A stretch of 63,922 nt of DNA, filler included, from Olpidium bornovanus S191 (Eukaryota; Fungi; Olpidiomycota): NCBI GenBank assembly GCA_017911155.1. It is 31 parts of 31 records of this genome, joined end to end, with 100 filler letters (N's around TTAATTAATTAA, not from the genome) between each part and the next. Parts side by side here need not be neighbours in the genome. Positions count along the whole stretch, not along the records: positions 62,909 to 63,922 come from JAEFCI010009002.1; 30 more parts are not named here. The stretch is one strand, 5' to 3'. Position 1 is the first letter of the stretch; each line of letters begins with the position of its first letter. The notes below the pieces were generated by a model. That model worked only from the letters and a program-made list of their open reading frames with translations. It did not search any database and was not told the origin of the DNA. The position numbers and the translations under genes were made by a program. This document shows positions 62,974 through 63,922 of the stretch, piece after piece.

Positions 62974-63922
62974 CCGTGTCGAGGCTCGTCTGGGAAGCCG
63001 TCGGGGTTGGGAGCCGGATGGAGGAGGAGGGGAAGGGGGAGGAGAATGGGGAGGAAAGGGATCGGGGCAAACCGGCGGATGGGATGGACGGAGGCCCAGC
63101 GGGGGGATTATTTGGTTCCCAAACCGTTTCGGTCGGGGGTCTTGCGGGACGCGATATGGAACATCTGGTGTGACGACGGGCATCGTGCGTGCGGAAAACC
63201 CCGTGCTTGAGGCGCCAACGAAATCCTCCGCAACCGCAACCGGGTGCTGTTGCACTGCGGCCGGCCGCCGAGCGCTCGGGGCAGAACGCCGATCCCCCCC
63301 CCCCTCCCCCCCCTTCTCTCCCCTCGCGATGGCGCCGCCCTCCCGCGCCCTCCGTGATGACCTCTCGCGCCACAGCCGCCGCTGACCTCCCGTGCGGCCC
63401 CGCGAGGGAACGCCAACCCTAACCCTTCCTCCCACGGGAATCTTTCTCTGAAAGGAATCATTTTGGCTCCCCACCCGCAGCTCAGCGACCCACGCACGCA
63501 TGGGGTCGCTCTCCCTTCTGCAGATCCTTTCTCCTCAGGCCAACGCACAACAGTCTCACCGGCTTTTCGGCTCCTTCCGGCGCGTGTGGCGTTCGCGGGA
63601 GCGGGCGATGGATATTTTGGTTTTCCGAAATCGCGCCGGAACGCGTGGACGTCCGCGACTTAAAACTGCGTGGTCGGTTTTCCGGCTTCCGGGGAGAGGG
63701 GGGGGGGCGGGAAATGTGGGGAGGAGAGGGCTGTTGTTCCGTTTGGGTGCAGCGGTTCGGGTCCGCTCGAAGTCGGCTTCGCCCGTATATTTCTCGAGGG
63801 AGAAAGAAGAGACCACTTCGCCGCAGGAGGGGCGCGGGGCAGGGGCGGGCAGGAGAGGGCGCCCGGAGTCTGGTCGCCATGACAACTGACTGAGAACAAA
63901 AAAAAAAAAAAAAAAAAAAAAA

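Noticed and set aside
63414-63425. AACCCTAACCCT telomere-like doublet
   Set aside because: Only two units, which is expected by chance.

Overview
This is a eukaryotic, intron-rich, GC-rich fungal sequence and not one continuous locus. It is a pseudo-scaffold of 31 short contigs (about 1-4 kb) joined by 30 identical 100-bp linkers (44 N + TTAATTAATTAA + 44 N), so gene adjacency across linkers means nothing. The contigs carry partial housekeeping genes: 1-Cys peroxiredoxin, formin, SIN3, RFC4, anoctamin/TMEM16, TMEM94, SLH1/ASCC3 helicase, copine, DnaJ, PFK-2, Ark1/Prk1 kinase, BRE1, OCT1, a Pep12/STX7-type syntaxin, SSH4, BNA6, GUT2, MTO1 and an axonemal DNAH2-type dynein. They also carry decayed Ty1/copia and Ty3/gypsy fragments and many homopolymer and micro/minisatellite runs. 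Fungal-type genes together with an axonemal dynein point to a zoosporic early-diverging fungus (Olpidium-like; inference only). Most notable: (1) a 630-aa (5'-truncated) Ala-rich 44/47-aa-repeat protein ending in an ERp29-C-like domain; (2) two closely spaced, intronless, frameshifted orphan ORFs abutting an inverted-repeat element next to a copia RNase H remnant; (3) half of all contig ends fall on CATG; (4) 8-9 nt microexons and a stop-generating NAGNAG acceptor; (5) a fungal TMEM94 homolog. All identifications come from reading motifs by eye; no database searches were run.
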